A stretch of DNA of 32,000 bases from NCBI RefSeq assembly GCF_001457615.1, contig NZ_LN831024.1, forward strand, positions 1,350,001-1,382,000. The letters run 5' to 3'. Below, piece by piece: positions 21,642 to 31,672 of the stretch. This DNA comes from Pseudomonas aeruginosa. GTDB taxonomy: Bacteria > Pseudomonadota > Gammaproteobacteria > Pseudomonadales > Pseudomonadaceae. Position numbers and translations under genes: made by a program. Every line of letters starts with the position of its first letter. The first letter of the stretch is position 1. The notes beneath the pieces are model-generated. The model was given only the letters and a program-made list of their open reading frames with translations. It was not told where the DNA came from and made no database searches.

Positions 21642-22280
21642 TCAGCCGCCCGCGGCGAAGGCGCGCAGGAACAGCGCCACCACTTCTTCCACGTGCCGCT
21701 CGCCTTCGGCCTCGTCCAGCGGTTCGGCGCAGCCGATCAACAGACGGTAATTGGCGCAGCCCTTGACCAGCATGAAGAAGTGTTCGGCGGCGTGGCGCGC
21801 GTCCGGGAACGCCAGCTTGCCGCTGCGGCGGGCCTGCTCGAGGAGGCGTTCCATCTCGTCGATCACCTGCTTCGGCCCGGCCTCGAAGAACAGCTCGGAA
21901 AGCTTGGGGTTCTGCCCGGCCTGCGCGGCCATCAGGCGGGTCAGGGCGATCGCCTCGTGGCTGTTGATCAGCCGGTGGAAGCCGCGGGCGATATTCAGCA
22001 GGACCTTTTCCAGTGGCGCGCCTTCGGCCAGCTGGAAGTACAGGGCGGGAAGCTGCTCGGCGCACTTGGCCTTCACCGCTTCGCTGAACAGGGTTTCCTT
22101 GTCGGTGAAGTGGCTGTAGACGGTGAGCTTGGAAACGCCGGCTTCCGAGGCGATGGCTTCCATGCTGCTGCCGTCGTAGCCGTTGCAGAGGAACAGGCGC
22201 TTGGCCGCCTCGAGAATGGCTTCCCGTTTGGCCGGGTCCTTGGGCCGGCCGGGACCGACGGAGGAGGTGGATTCTGACAT
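21642..22280 (-). CDS. mexL: TetR-family repressor of mexJK
   Basis: 212 aa from MSESTSSVGPGRPKDPAKREAILEAAKRLFLCNGYDGSSMEAIASEAGVSKLTVYSHFTDKETLF; divergent from an RND pump operon in the mexL-mexJ-mexK arrangement. Confidence 0.93.
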   Translation of the reverse strand: MSESTSSVGPGRPKDPAKREAILEAAKRLFLCNGYDGSSMEAIASEAGVSKLTVYSHFTDKETLFSEAVKAKCAEQLPALYFQLAEGAPLEKVLLNIARGFHRLINSHEAIALTRLMAAQAGQNPKLSELFFEAGPKQVIDEMERLLEQARRSGKLAFPDARHAAEHFFMLVKGCANYRLLIGCAEPLDEAEGERHVEEVVALFLRAFAAGG

Positions 22281-22297
22281 GCGCTTATACAATTGAA

Positions 22298-22342
22298 ATA
22301 CTGGACTGATGGGTTCTGTATTTTTACTATACCGCCCAGTAT
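22298..22342. promoter_or_regulatory. Candidate MexL operator region in mexL-mexJ intergenic DNA
   Basis: ATACTGG (22298-22304) and its inverted copy CCAGTAT (22336-22342) lie within the short AT-rich divergent intergenic region; binding by MexL is inferred. Confidence 0.5.
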
Positions 22343-22375
22343 AAGAACTCGAACGCAGTTTGCGGAAGGTGTCAC

Positions 22376-23479
22376 ATGTACCGCCATATCCCGCTCGTCG
22401 CCCTGTCCCTGTTTTCCTCCCTGTTCCTCGCCGCCTGCGGCAACGGCACGCCGCCGCCAGCCGCGGCGCGTCCGGCGATCGTCGTCCAGCCCCAGCCGGC
22501 GGGGGAGGTGAGCCAGGCCTTTCCCGGCGAGATCCGCGCCCGCCACGAGCCGGAGCTGGCCTTCCGCATCGGCGGCAAGGTCATCCGCCGGCTGGTGGAA
22601 GTCGGCGAGCGGGTAAAGAAGGACCAGCCCCTGGCCGAACTCGATCCCCAGGACGTGCGCCTGCAACTGGAGGCGGCGCGGGCCCAGGTCAGTGCCGCCG
22701 AGGCCAACTTGCAGACCGTGCGCGCCGAGTACCGGCGCTACCGCACCTTGCTCGACCGCAACCTGGTCAGCCATTCCCAGTTCGAGAACATCCAGAACAG
22801 CTACCGCGCCGGCGAGGCGCGGCTGAAGCAGATCCGCGCCGAATTCAACGTCGCCGACAACCAGGCCGGCTACGCCGTGCTGCGCTCGCCCCAGGATGGC
22901 GTGATCGCCAGCCGGCGCGTCGAGGTGGGCCAGGTGGTGGCGGCCGGACAGACGGTCTTCAGCCTGGCCGCCGACGGCGAACGCGAGGTGCTGATCGGCC
23001 TGCCGGAACACAGCTTCGAACGTTTCCGCATCGGCCAGCCGGTGTCGGTCGAACTCTGGTCGCAACGCGACAGACGCTTCGCCGGGCATATCCGCGAGCT
23101 CTCGCCCGCGGCCGATCCGCAATCGCGTACCTTCGCCGCCCGGGTGGCCTTCGACGACCGCGCGACTCCGGCCGAACTGGGCCAGAGCGCGCGGGTCTAC
23201 GTCGCCGCCGCCGAGGCGGTGCCGTTATCGGTTCCCTTGTCGGCGCTGACCGCAGAGGCCGGCCAGGCGTTCGTCTGGGTGGTCGAGCCGGGCAGCTCGA
23301 CCCTGCGCCGGCAGGCGGTGCGCACCGGTCCCTATGCCGAGGACCGGGTGCCGGTGCTCGAAGGCCTGAAGGCTGGCGACTGGGTGGTGGCCACCGGGGT
23401 CCAGGTGCTTCGCGAAGGGCAGCAGGTGCGTCCGATCGACCGGGCCAACCGCACGGTGAAACTGGCGGCCAAGGAGTAG
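22376..23479 (+). CDS. mexJ: RND efflux periplasmic adaptor (membrane fusion protein)
   Basis: 367 aa with lipobox LFLAACGNG; MFP motifs GEIRARHEPELAFRIGGKVIRRLVEVGERVKKDQPLAELDPQD. Confidence 0.95.
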   Translation: MYRHIPLVALSLFSSLFLAACGNGTPPPAAARPAIVVQPQPAGEVSQAFPGEIRARHEPELAFRIGGKVIRRLVEVGERVKKDQPLAELDPQDVRLQLEAARAQVSAAEANLQTVRAEYRRYRTLLDRNLVSHSQFENIQNSYRAGEARLKQIRAEFNVADNQAGYAVLRSPQDGVIASRRVEVGQVVAAGQTVFSLAADGEREVLIGLPEHSFERFRIGQPVSVELWSQRDRRFAGHIRELSPAADPQSRTFAARVAFDDRATPAELGQSARVYVAAAEAVPLSVPLSALTAEAGQAFVWVVEPGSSTLRRQAVRTGPYAEDRVPVLEGLKAGDWVVATGVQVLREGQQVRPIDRANRTVKLAAKE

Positions 23480-23483
23480 TCGC

Positions 23484-26400
23484 ATGTCCTTCAACCTTTC
23501 CGCCTGGGCGTTGCAGAATCGCCAGATCGTCCTGTACCTGATGATCCTGCTTGGCGCGGTCGGCGCGCTGTCCTACAGCAAGCTGGGGCAGAGCGAAGAC
23601 CCGCCGTTCACCTTCAAGGCCATGGTGGTGCAGACCAACTGGCCGGGCGCCAGCGCCGAAGAGGTGGCCCGGCAGGTCACCGAGCGTATCGAGAAGAAGC
23701 TGATGGAAACCGGCGACTACGATCGCATCGTGTCCTTCTCCCGCCCCGGCGTCTCGCAGGTGACCTTCATGGCCCGCGAGGACATCCATTCCAGCGAGAT
23801 CCCCGAACTCTGGTACCAGATCCGCAAGAAGATCAGCGACATTCGCGCCACCTTGCCGCAAAGCATCCAGGGCCCGTTCTTCAACGACGAGTTCGGCACC
23901 ACCTACGGCAACATCTATGCGCTCACCGGCAAGGGCTTCGACTACGCGGTGATGAAGGACTATGCCGACCGCCTGCAACTGCAATTGCAGCGGATCAGGA
24001 ACGTCGGCAAGGTCGAGCTGATCGGCCTGCAGGACGAGAAGATCTGGATCGACCTGTCCAACACCAAGCTGGCCACCCTCGGCCTGCCCCTGGCGGCGGT
24101 ACAGAAGGCGCTGGAGGAACAGAACGCGGTGGCCTCCTCCGGGTTCTTCGAGACCGCCAGCGACCGCGTGCAGTTGCGCGTTTCCGGGCGTTTCGATTCG
24201 GTGGAGGAGATCCGCGACTTCCCCATCCGCGTCGGCGACCGCACCTTCCGCATCGGCGACGTGGCCGAGGTTCGCCGCGGCTTCAACGATCCGCCGGCGC
24301 CGCGCATGCGCTTCATGGGCGAGGACGCCATCGGCCTGGCGGTAGCGATGAAGCCGGGCGGCGACATCCTGGTGCTGGGCAAGGCCCTGGAAACCGAGTT
24401 CGCCCGCCTGCAGCAGTCGCTGCCGGCCGGACTGGAACTGCGCAAGGTGTCCGACCAGCCGGCGGCGGTACGTACCGGGGTCGGCGAGTTCATCCGGGTG
24501 CTGGCCGAGGCGCTGGTGATCGTCCTGCTGGTGAGCTTCTTCTCCCTCGGCCTGCGCACCGGCCTGGTGGTGGCGCTGTCGATCCCGCTGGTGCTGGCGA
24601 TGACCTTCGCCGCCATGCATTACTTCGGCATCGGCCTGCACAAGATCTCCCTCGGCGCCCTGGTGCTGGCGCTGGGATTGCTGGTGGACGACGCGATCAT
24701 CGCGGTGGAGATGATGGCGGTGAAGATGGAGCAGGGCTACGACCGTCTCAAGGCGGCCGCCTTCGCCTGGACCAGTACCGCCTTCCCGATGCTCACCGGC
24801 ACCCTGATCACCGCCGCCGGCTTCCTGCCGATCGCCACCGCGCAGTCCGGCACCGGCGAATACACCCGCTCGCTGTTCCAGGTGGTGACCATCGCCCTGG
24901 TGGTCTCCTGGTTCGCCGCGGTGGTCTTCGTTCCCTACCTGGGGGCCAAGCTGCTGCCGGACCTGGCCAGGTTGCACGCGCAGAAGCACGGCGGCAGCGC
25001 CGATGGCTACGATCCCTATGCTACGGCCTTCTACCAGCGCTTCCGGCGTCTGGTGGAGTGGTGCGTGCGCTACCGCAAGACGGTGATCGTCCTGACCCTC
25101 GCCGCCTTCGTCGGCGCGCTGCTGCTGTTCCGCCTGGTGCCGCAGCAGTTCTTCCCGCCCTCGGCGCGCCTGGAGCTGCTGCTGGACATCAAGCTGGCGG
25201 AGGGCGCCTCACTGCGCTCTACCGGCGAGGAAGTCCAGCGCCTGGAAAAAATGCTGCAGGGCCATGACGGCATCGACAACTACGTGGCCTACGTCGGCAC
25301 CGGCTCGCCCCGCTTCTACCTGCCGCTGGACCAGCAATTGCCGGCGGCCAGCTTCGCCCAGGTGGTGGTGCTGGCCAAGGACCTGGAGAGCCGCGAGGCG
25401 CTGCGCAAGTGGCTGATCGAGCGGATGAACGAGGACTTCCCGCACCTGCGCAGCCGCATCAGTCGCCTGGAGAACGGGCCGCCGGTGGGCTATCCGGTGC
25501 AGTTCCGGGTTTCCGGCGAGGACATCCCGCAGGTTCGCGAACTGGCGCGCAAGGTCGCCGACAAGATGCGCGAGAACCCGCACGTGGTGAATGTGCACCT
25601 GGATTGGGAAGAGCCGAGCAAGGTGGTGTACCTGAGCATCGACCAGGAGCGCGCCCGTGCCCTGGGGGTGAGCACCGCCAGCCTGTCGCAGTTCCTGCAG
25701 AGCGCGCTGACCGGTTCGCACGTGAGCTTCTTCCGCGAAGACAACGAGCTGATCGAGATCCTCCTGCGCGGCACCGAGCAGGAGCGTCGTGACCTGTCGT
25801 TGCTGCCGAGCCTGGCGGTGCCGACCGAGAATGGCCGGAGCGTGGCGCTGTCGCAGATCGCTACGCTCGAATACGGCTTCGAAGAGGGCATCATCTGGCA
25901 CCGCAACCGCCTGCCGACGGTCACCGTGCGCGCCGATATCTACGACGATTCGCTGCCGGCGACCCTGGTCGCGCAGATCGCCCCGACCCTGGAACCGATC
26001 CGCGCCGAGCTGCCGGACGGCTACCTGCTGGAGGTGGGCGGCACGGTGGAGGACGCGGCGAAGGGCCAGAGTTCGGTGAACGCCGGCGTGCCGCTGTTCA
26101 TCGTGGTGGTGTTGAGCCTGCTGATGGTGCAGTTGCGCAGCTTCTCGCGGATGGCGATGGTATTCCTCACCGCACCGCTGGGCCTGATCGGCGTGACCCT
26201 GTTCCTGCTGCTGTTCCGCCAGCCGTTCGGCTTCGTGGCGATGCTCGGGACCATCGCCCTGGCCGGCATGATCATGCGCAACTCGGTGATCCTGGTGGAC
26301 CAGATCGAACAGGACATCAGCCATGGACTGGATCGCTGGCACGCCATCATCGAGGCTACCGTGCGGCGTTTCAGGCCCATCGTGCTGACCGCGCTGGCGG

Positions 26401-26561
26401 CGGTGCTGGCGATGATCCCGCTGTCGCGCAGCGTGTTCTTCGGGCCGATGGCGGTGGCGATCATGGGCGGGCTGATCGTCGCCACCGTGCTCACCCTGCT
26501 GTTCCTGCCGGCGCTCTATGCCGCCTGGTTCCGCGTGAAGAAGGACGAGGCGCGGGCCTGA
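23484..26561 (+). CDS. mexK: RND multidrug efflux transporter, inner-membrane permease
   Basis: 1025 aa; RND motifs including VQTNWPGASAEEVARQVTERIEKKL, LALGLLVDDAIIAVEMM, GTLITAAGFLPIATA, AMIMR... 4 bp after mexJ. Confidence 0.96.
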   Translation: MSFNLSAWALQNRQIVLYLMILLGAVGALSYSKLGQSEDPPFTFKAMVVQTNWPGASAEEVARQVTERIEKKLMETGDYDRIVSFSRPGVSQVTFMAREDIHSSEIPELWYQIRKKISDIRATLPQSIQGPFFNDEFGTTYGNIYALTGKGFDYAVMKDYADRLQLQLQRIRNVGKVELIGLQDEKIWIDLSNTKLATLGLPLAAVQKALEEQNAVASSGFFETASDRVQLRVSGRFDSVEEIRDFPIRVGDRTFRIGDVAEVRRGFNDPPAPRMRFMGEDAIGLAVAMKPGGDILVLGKALETEFARLQQSLPAGLELRKVSDQPAAVRTGVGEFIRVLAEALVIVLLVSFFSLGLRTGLVVALSIPLVLAMTFAAMHYFGIGLHKISLGALVLALGLLVDDAIIAVEMMAVKMEQGYDRLKAAAFAWTSTAFPMLTGTLITAAGFLPIATAQSGTGEYTRSLFQVVTIALVVSWFAAVVFVPYLGAKLLPDLARLHAQKHGGSADGYDPYATAFYQRFRRLVEWCVRYRKTVIVLTLAAFVGALLLFRLVPQQFFPPSARLELLLDIKLAEGASLRSTGEEVQRLEKMLQGHDGIDNYVAYVGTGSPRFYLPLDQQLPAASFAQVVVLAKDLESREALRKWLIERMNEDFPHLRSRISRLENGPPVGYPVQFRVSGEDIPQVRELARKVADKMRENPHVVNVHLDWEEPSKVVYLSIDQERARALGVSTASLSQFLQSALTGSHVSFFREDNELIEILLRGTEQERRDLSLLPSLAVPTENGRSVALSQIATLEYGFEEGIIWHRNRLPTVTVRADIYDDSLPATLVAQIAPTLEPIRAELPDGYLLEVGGTVEDAAKGQSSVNAGVPLFIVVVLSLLMVQLRSFSRMAMVFLTAPLGLIGVTLFLLLFRQPFGFVAMLGTIALAGMIMRNSVILVDQIEQDISHGLDRWHAIIEATVRRFRPIVLTALAAVLAMIPLSRSVFFGPMAVAIMGGLIVATVLTLLFLPALYAAWFRVKKDEARA

Positions 26562-26571
26562 CGGGAGAAGG

Positions 26572-26595
26572 GGACGGGGCGATCGCGCCCCGTCC
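26572..26595. terminator. Hairpin between convergent mexK and the DUF4197 gene
   Basis: GGACGGGGCGATCGCGCCCCGTCC, 10-bp stem; no clear T run, so intrinsic termination is uncertain. Confidence 0.45.
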
Positions 26596-26601
26596 GTCGA
26601 C

Positions 26602-27282
26602 TCACCTGGCCGCGCCGAAGACCTTCTTGGCCAGGCCGGTGGCGGCAGCCGCCGGGTTCTGGCGGATGCTCTTCTCCTGCCTGGCGATCATCTCGAAGAG
26701 CCCGTCGAGGGCCTGCTCGGTGACATAGCCCTCGACGTTGGCGCTCTTCGCATCGACCACCCCAAGGGTCGCCGCCTGGCTGGCGAAGGCGTTGTACTGC
26801 TTGACCAGGCCGACCTCGTCGGTGGCCTGCTTGACGATCGGCAGGAACTTCGCGCGCAGCTGTTCGCGGCTGGACTTGTCCAGGTATTCGGTGGCGGCGT
26901 CGTCACCGCCCTTGAGGATGCCCTTGGCGTCGGCCACGGTCATCTTCTTCACCGCCTCCACCAGCAGGCCCTGGGCCTGCGGCACGGCAGCCTCGGCGGC
27001 GCGGTTCATGCTCGCCTCGAGCTGGTCGACCTGGGCGCCCATGCCGAACTGCTTCATCAGCTTCGCCGCCTTGCCCAGCTTGCCGGGCAGTTCGATGCGC
27101 ACGTCCGGGTTGTTGTTGAAGCCGCCCGGCTGGCCAAGCTGGCGGACGGCGATCTGCGCGCCCTGGGTCAGGGCGTCCTTCAGGCCGCTGGAGGCGTCGT
27201 TCTGCGACAGGTCGGCGAGGGACAGGGCGAGGGCGTTGGCCGAGAGCAGCAGGCCGGCGCAGAGGGCAGTGAGTCGGAACAT
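26602..27282 (-). CDS. DUF4197 family secreted protein
   Basis: 226 aa from MFRLTALCAGLLLSANALALSLADLSQNDASSGLKDALTQGAQIAVRQLG (signal peptide) to AATGLAKKVFGAAR. Confidence 0.87.
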   Translation of the reverse strand: MFRLTALCAGLLLSANALALSLADLSQNDASSGLKDALTQGAQIAVRQLGQPGGFNNNPDVRIELPGKLGKAAKLMKQFGMGAQVDQLEASMNRAAEAAVPQAQGLLVEAVKKMTVADAKGILKGGDDAATEYLDKSSREQLRAKFLPIVKQATDEVGLVKQYNAFASQAATLGVVDAKSANVEGYVTEQALDGLFEMIARQEKSIRQNPAAAATGLAKKVFGAAR

Positions 27283-27418
27283 GACAGCGTCCTTGATGTG
27301 GAACGTACGGGGTATCCGGCCGCTCGTCGTGAGGTGGATCGGCAACCGGTAGCGAATAGGAGGTGGAGTGTACTGGAGGGAACCGCCGGTTCGCACCGGC
27401 GGCATGCCGCGGTGTGCT

Positions 27419-27817
27419 TCAGCGCGCCGATTCGACCTGCACGCGATAGGGCTGCGGGTCGCTGCCGTCGAGTTTCACCGAGTGGCGGGTGGTGTTGATG
27501 AACAGCAACTGGCCGTTCAGCTCGATGCGCGCGCTCACCGCATAGCTGTGGCCCGGCTTGACCTGCTTCGGGTCGTACTCCAGGTGGAACGCCAGCGGCA
27601 CCTGGCTGGTGATCTCGCGGGTCTGGCTGGCCAACTGCACCGAGGGGGCGTCGGCCAGGGACACGTCTTCCAGGCTCACGCTCAGGCGCGCCGAGGGCGG
27701 CAGGGCGATACGCTCGCGGTAGAAGACCTCACCATCGAAGCTGGCGTTCGAAGTCGATTGCTGGGTACCGCAGCCGGCGAGAATGCTGGCGGCGAGCAGC
27801 AATGGCAGTTTTTTCAT
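27419..27817 (-). CDS. YbaY-family lipoprotein
   Basis: 132 aa; lipobox LAGCGTQ; GEVFYRERIALPPSARLSVSLEDVSLADAPSVQLA...QVPLAFHLEYDPKQVKPGHSYAVSARIELNGQLLFINTT. Confidence 0.88.
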   Translation of the reverse strand: MKKLPLLLAASILAGCGTQQSTSNASFDGEVFYRERIALPPSARLSVSLEDVSLADAPSVQLASQTREITSQVPLAFHLEYDPKQVKPGHSYAVSARIELNGQLLFINTTRHSVKLDGSDPQPYRVQVESAR

Positions 27818-27839
27818 GGGAGCCTCCTTTCAGACGGAA

Positions 27840-27868
27840 CAAAAAAACGAGCGGGCCTCTGACCCGGG
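27840..27868 (-). terminator. Possible terminator downstream of plsB
   Basis: Minus strand reads CCCGGGTCAGAGGCCCGCTCGTTTTTTT: short GC stem followed by a T run. Confidence 0.4.
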
Positions 27869-27960
27869 AAACCAGCATAGGTTGCCGGGCCGGAACAGGG
27901 AAAGGTCGCAGGATATTTCAGCGGAGCGACGCCCGTCCCTCGCGGGGCGGGCGCCGGGCT

Positions 27961-30465
27961 TCAGTTGGCGGCCGCGTCGTTGCTTTCGGCGGCGGCTTCC
28001 TCGGCGGGGCGCTCCAGCGCCACCTGGCGGATCGACAGACGGATCTCCGCCGGCAGCACGCGCTTGGCGGCGCCTTCGGCCAGTTCGCCGAGCAGTTCGT
28101 GGTAGCTCAGCTTGCCGGCCTCGTCCTTGCGCAGCACGCGCAGGTCGAGAAGGGTCTGGATGAAGTGGCGGAACAGGCTCTTGTCGAAGAACTCCGGGGC
28201 GTTCAGGCCATGCAGGATCGACAGGCGTTGGGCCATCACGGTGCAGAGGTTCTCCAGTTCCTCGGCGGTCAGGGCGTTCTGCCCGGCGTTGAGCAGCAGG
28301 GCGATGGCCATGTAGAAGCGCTGCAGGGTCTGGGTTACCGAACGAGCGAGGAGGATCAGCAGCACGTATTGCCGCGAGCTTGGCGCCGGGCGGATGAAGG
28401 TGTCGTTCTCCTGGCGCAGCAGGTCCTGTTCCACCAGGGCCGCCAGCCACTGGTCGATCACCGCGTCGAGTTCGTCCAGGCTCCAGCGGATGAACAGTTC
28501 CGCCTGCAGGTAGGGATAGAGCGCGCGGGCGAAGCGCAGCAACTGTTCGCGGCTGATCCGCGAGTTGCTCTGGAAGAAGCTGGCGATCAGCGCCGGCAGG
28601 GCGAAGACGTGGAGGACGTTGTTGCGGTAGTAGGTCGCCAGCACCGCGTTCTGTTCGTCGAGATAGAGGATGCGGCCCAGCGCGTCCTTCTGCTCGGCCA
28701 GCAGGTTCATGCTCTTCACGTATTCGATCAGGGCCTGGCCGTCGCCGTCCGGCAGGGTCGCGCTGGGCGAGTAGGGCACCTTGCGCAGCAACGCCAGGTA
28801 GAGGTCGAGGATTCGCGCCAGGGCGCTTTCGTCGAGGGCCTGTCGGCTGGTGGAGAGCAGCGCCAGGGCGACCAGGTTGACCGGGTTGATCGCCGCCGCG
28901 TCGTTGAGGTGGCGGGCGACGTCCTTGGCCAGCAGGTTGGTGGTCTGCGGCAGCCAGTCGGGGCGGTATTCCGGGCCGAGGTCCTGGTCCTGCCAGTCGG
29001 GCTGGTGGCGGTCGAGGAACTGGTCGAGATGGATCGGCTCGCCGAAGTTCACCCAGACCTGGCCAAAACGCTGCTTCAGGGCGCCGACCACCTTGAACAG
29101 GTCGAAGATCGACTCCTTCTTCTTGGTCGCGCCGCGCAGTTCGCCGAGGTAGGTGCGGCCTTCCAGCACGCGCTCGTAGCCGATGTAGACCGGCACGAAG
29201 ACGATCGGCCGGCGCGAGTCACGGAGGAAGCTGCGCAGGGTGATGGCGAGCATGCCGGTGCGTGGGTGGAGCATGCGCCCGGTGCGCGAACGGCCGCCCT
29301 CGACGAAGTACTCGGTGGAGAAGCCGCGGGAGAACAGGGTGTGCAGGTACTCGTTGAACACCGCGGTGTAGAGCTGGTTGCCCTTGAAGCTGCGGCGCAT
29401 GAAGAAGGCCCCGCCGCGGCGCAGGATCGAGCCGATCACCGGCATGTTCAGGTTGATCCCGGCGGCGATGTGCGGCGGGGTCAGGCCGTTGCGGAACAGC
29501 AGGTAGGAGAGCAGCAGGTAGTCGATGTGGCTGCGGTGGCAGGGCACGTAGACGATCTCGTTGCCCTGGGCCACGTCCTGCACCCGCTCGATGTGGTTGA
29601 CCTTGACACCTTCGTACAGCTTGTTCCAGAACCAGCTGAGGATGACTTCGAGGAAGCGGATCACCGGATAGGAGAAGTCCGAGGCGATTTCATTGGCGTA
29701 GCGCAGCGCGATGCCTTCGGCCTTCTCCTGGGATATCCGTTCGCTCTCGCATTCCTCGCTGATCGCCTGGCGTACCAGCGGCGCGCGCAGCAGGCCCTTG
29801 ACCAGGTTGCGGCGGTGCGACAGGTCGGGACCGATCACCGCGGTCTTCAGGTTGCGGAAGTGCACCCGGAGGATACGGTTGACCATGCGCAGCGTGCGCT
29901 CGTGGCCCTTGCCCTGTTCCACCAGCTCGCGCAGGTGGATCGGCGCTGAGAACTGCACACGGGTCTTGCGTCCGAGGATCAGGATGCGCGCCAGCTTGCG
30001 CAGGCGCCCGGTGACCGCCCAGTTGTCGGCGAACAGCAGCTTCCAGGGGCTCGATTCGCTGTCCGGCGATTGTCCCCAGAACACGCTGACCGGAATGATC
30101 TGCGCGTCGTCGAGACCGTTCTGGCCGACCGCGGCGAGCATGCGCACCAGGGTCGGCGAGGCGCCGCGCTTATCCTGGCGGCCGAGCCAGTCGGGTTCGG
30201 GCGTCAGGTAGAAGAACGCCGCCGGCTCGATGGCGTCGCCTACCGCTACCGGCATCACCGGACGCGGCAGCCCGGCCTTGCGGCATTCGGTATCCACTAC
30301 CGCGAGATCGCTGACCGAAGGCTGTTGCAGCACGTAGAGCACCGGCTTGCTGCGGTCGATCTTCAGGGTGAAGGCCGATTGGTTGATGGTTTCCGAGCGT
30401 ACCCAGAGGTACAGCAGGCGGCGCAGGGCGCCAAAACCAAAGCGGCGGAAAGGGTAGCGGGGCAT
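27961..30465 (-). CDS. plsB: Glycerol-3-phosphate 1-O-acyltransferase
   Basis: 834 aa from [25 protein letters not shown]; [20 protein letters not shown] (HxxxxD), [60 protein letters not shown]. Confidence 0.97.
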   Translation of the reverse strand: MPRYPFRRFGFGALRRLLYLWVRSETINQSAFTLKIDRSKPVLYVLQQPSVSDLAVVDTECRKAGLPRPVMPVAVGDAIEPAAFFYLTPEPDWLGRQDKRGASPTLVRMLAAVGQNGLDDAQIIPVSVFWGQSPDSESSPWKLLFADNWAVTGRLRKLARILILGRKTRVQFSAPIHLRELVEQGKGHERTLRMVNRILRVHFRNLKTAVIGPDLSHRRNLVKGLLRAPLVRQAISEECESERISQEKAEGIALRYANEIASDFSYPVIRFLEVILSWFWNKLYEGVKVNHIERVQDVAQGNEIVYVPCHRSHIDYLLLSYLLFRNGLTPPHIAAGINLNMPVIGSILRRGGAFFMRRSFKGNQLYTAVFNEYLHTLFSRGFSTEYFVEGGRSRTGRMLHPRTGMLAITLRSFLRDSRRPIVFVPVYIGYERVLEGRTYLGELRGATKKKESIFDLFKVVGALKQRFGQVWVNFGEPIHLDQFLDRHQPDWQDQDLGPEYRPDWLPQTTNLLAKDVARHLNDAAAINPVNLVALALLSTSRQALDESALARILDLYLALLRKVPYSPSATLPDGDGQALIEYVKSMNLLAEQKDALGRILYLDEQNAVLATYYRNNVLHVFALPALIASFFQSNSRISREQLLRFARALYPYLQAELFIRWSLDELDAVIDQWLAALVEQDLLRQENDTFIRPAPSSRQYVLLILLARSVTQTLQRFYMAIALLLNAGQNALTAEELENLCTVMAQRLSILHGLNAPEFFDKSLFRHFIQTLLDLRVLRKDEAGKLSYHELLGELAEGAAKRVLPAEIRLSIRQVALERPAEEAAAESNDAAAN

Positions 30466-30748
30466 ACGGTGTCTACTGGCAGTTGATCGGGACCCGGCGT
30501 GACGGGCGCGGCTAGTTTGCCGCAATCCCCGGAGGGCCGCAAAAGAACGCAACGCGTCCTACGGCGAACGGCGGCGAACAGGTTGCGAATGTAGAACCTT
30601 CGGCAGGCGTTCGGGTTCTGTCACGTTTTGCCAAGGTTCTCCCGATGCCCCGTATTGCCAGGCGGCGGGGCGCTTCGGCTATAGTCCCTGCGCGTTTTTC
30701 GCGGCCCTGGCCGGACATGGCGGCGGCCGCCGGAACAGGTAGGGGACC

Positions 30749-31672
30749 ATGATCGAAACAAGAAACCTCGGCAAACGCTTCGGCTCGCGGGTGGCGGTGG
30801 ACGACCTGTCCTTCCAGGTGGCGACGGGGGAGGTACTGGGCTTCCTCGGTCCGAACGGCGCCGGCAAGTCCACCACCATGAAGATGCTCACCGGCTTCCT
30901 GGCGCCCAGCGCCGGCACCGCGAGCATCTTCGGCTTCGACATCCGCAACCGCACGCTGCAGGCGCAGCGGCTGATCGGCTACCTCCCGGAAGGTTCGCCC
31001 TGCTACGCGGAAATGACCGTGCAGGGCTTCCTCGATTTCATCGCCGAGATCCGTGGCTACCGTGGTGCCGGCAAGCGCGAGCGGGTCGCCCGGGCACTGG
31101 GGCTGCTGGAACTGGACGAGGTGCGCCGGCAGACCATCGAAACCCTCTCCAAGGGCTTCCGCCGGCGTGTCGGCCTGGCCCAGGCGATCCTCCACGAACC
31201 GCGGGCGCTGGTGCTCGACGAGCCCACCGACGGGCTCGATCCGAACCAGAAGCACCAGGTCCGCGAACTGATCCGCGGCCTCGCGCAGGAGCGCATCGTG
31301 ATCATCTCCACCCATATCCTCGAGGAAGTCTCGGCGCTGTGCAGCCGCGCCCTGGTGATCGGCGGCGGGCGGCTGCTGGCGGACAGCACGCCGCTGGAGC
31401 TGGCCAGCCGCTCGCGCTACCACCAGGCGGTGACGCTCTACAGCGACGAGCCCCTGGATGCCGTGGCGCTGGCGGTGCTGCCGGGCGTGGCGGGCATCGA
31501 GGAGAACCCCGCCGAAGGCAGCCTGACCGTCCTGGCGCAGCCGGGCGCGGTGATCTTCCCCCAGGTCAGCGGGCTGGTCGCCGAGCGCGGCTGGCGGATC
31601 CGCGAACTGGACGTGGAGCGCGGCCGGCTCGACGAGGTATTCCGCAACCTGACCCGGGGGACGGAGGCATGA
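30749..31672 (+). CDS. ABC transporter ATP-binding protein (GldA/NosF-like)
   Basis: 307 aa; Walker A GPNGAGKSTT, signature LSKGFRRRVGLAQAI, Walker B ALVLDEPTDGLDP, switch His ISTHIL. Confidence 0.95.
   Translation: MIETRNLGKRFGSRVAVDDLSFQVATGEVLGFLGPNGAGKSTTMKMLTGFLAPSAGTASIFGFDIRNRTLQAQRLIGYLPEGSPCYAEMTVQGFLDFIAEIRGYRGAGKRERVARALGLLELDEVRRQTIETLSKGFRRRVGLAQAILHEPRALVLDEPTDGLDPNQKHQVRELIRGLAQERIVIISTHILEEVSALCSRALVIGGGRLLADSTPLELASRSRYHQAVTLYSDEPLDAVALAVLPGVAGIEENPAEGSLTVLAQPGAVIFPQVSGLVAERGWRIRELDVERGRLDEVFRNLTRGTEA

Noticed and set aside
22959-24989. 676-aa minus-strand ORF opposite mexJ/mexK
   Set aside because: No domain; antisense artefact over conserved RND pump coding sequence.
27802-29949. 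715-aa plus-strand ORF opposite plsB
   Set aside because: Antisense artefact with typical LGHQVE-rich composition; plsB motifs are on the minus strand.
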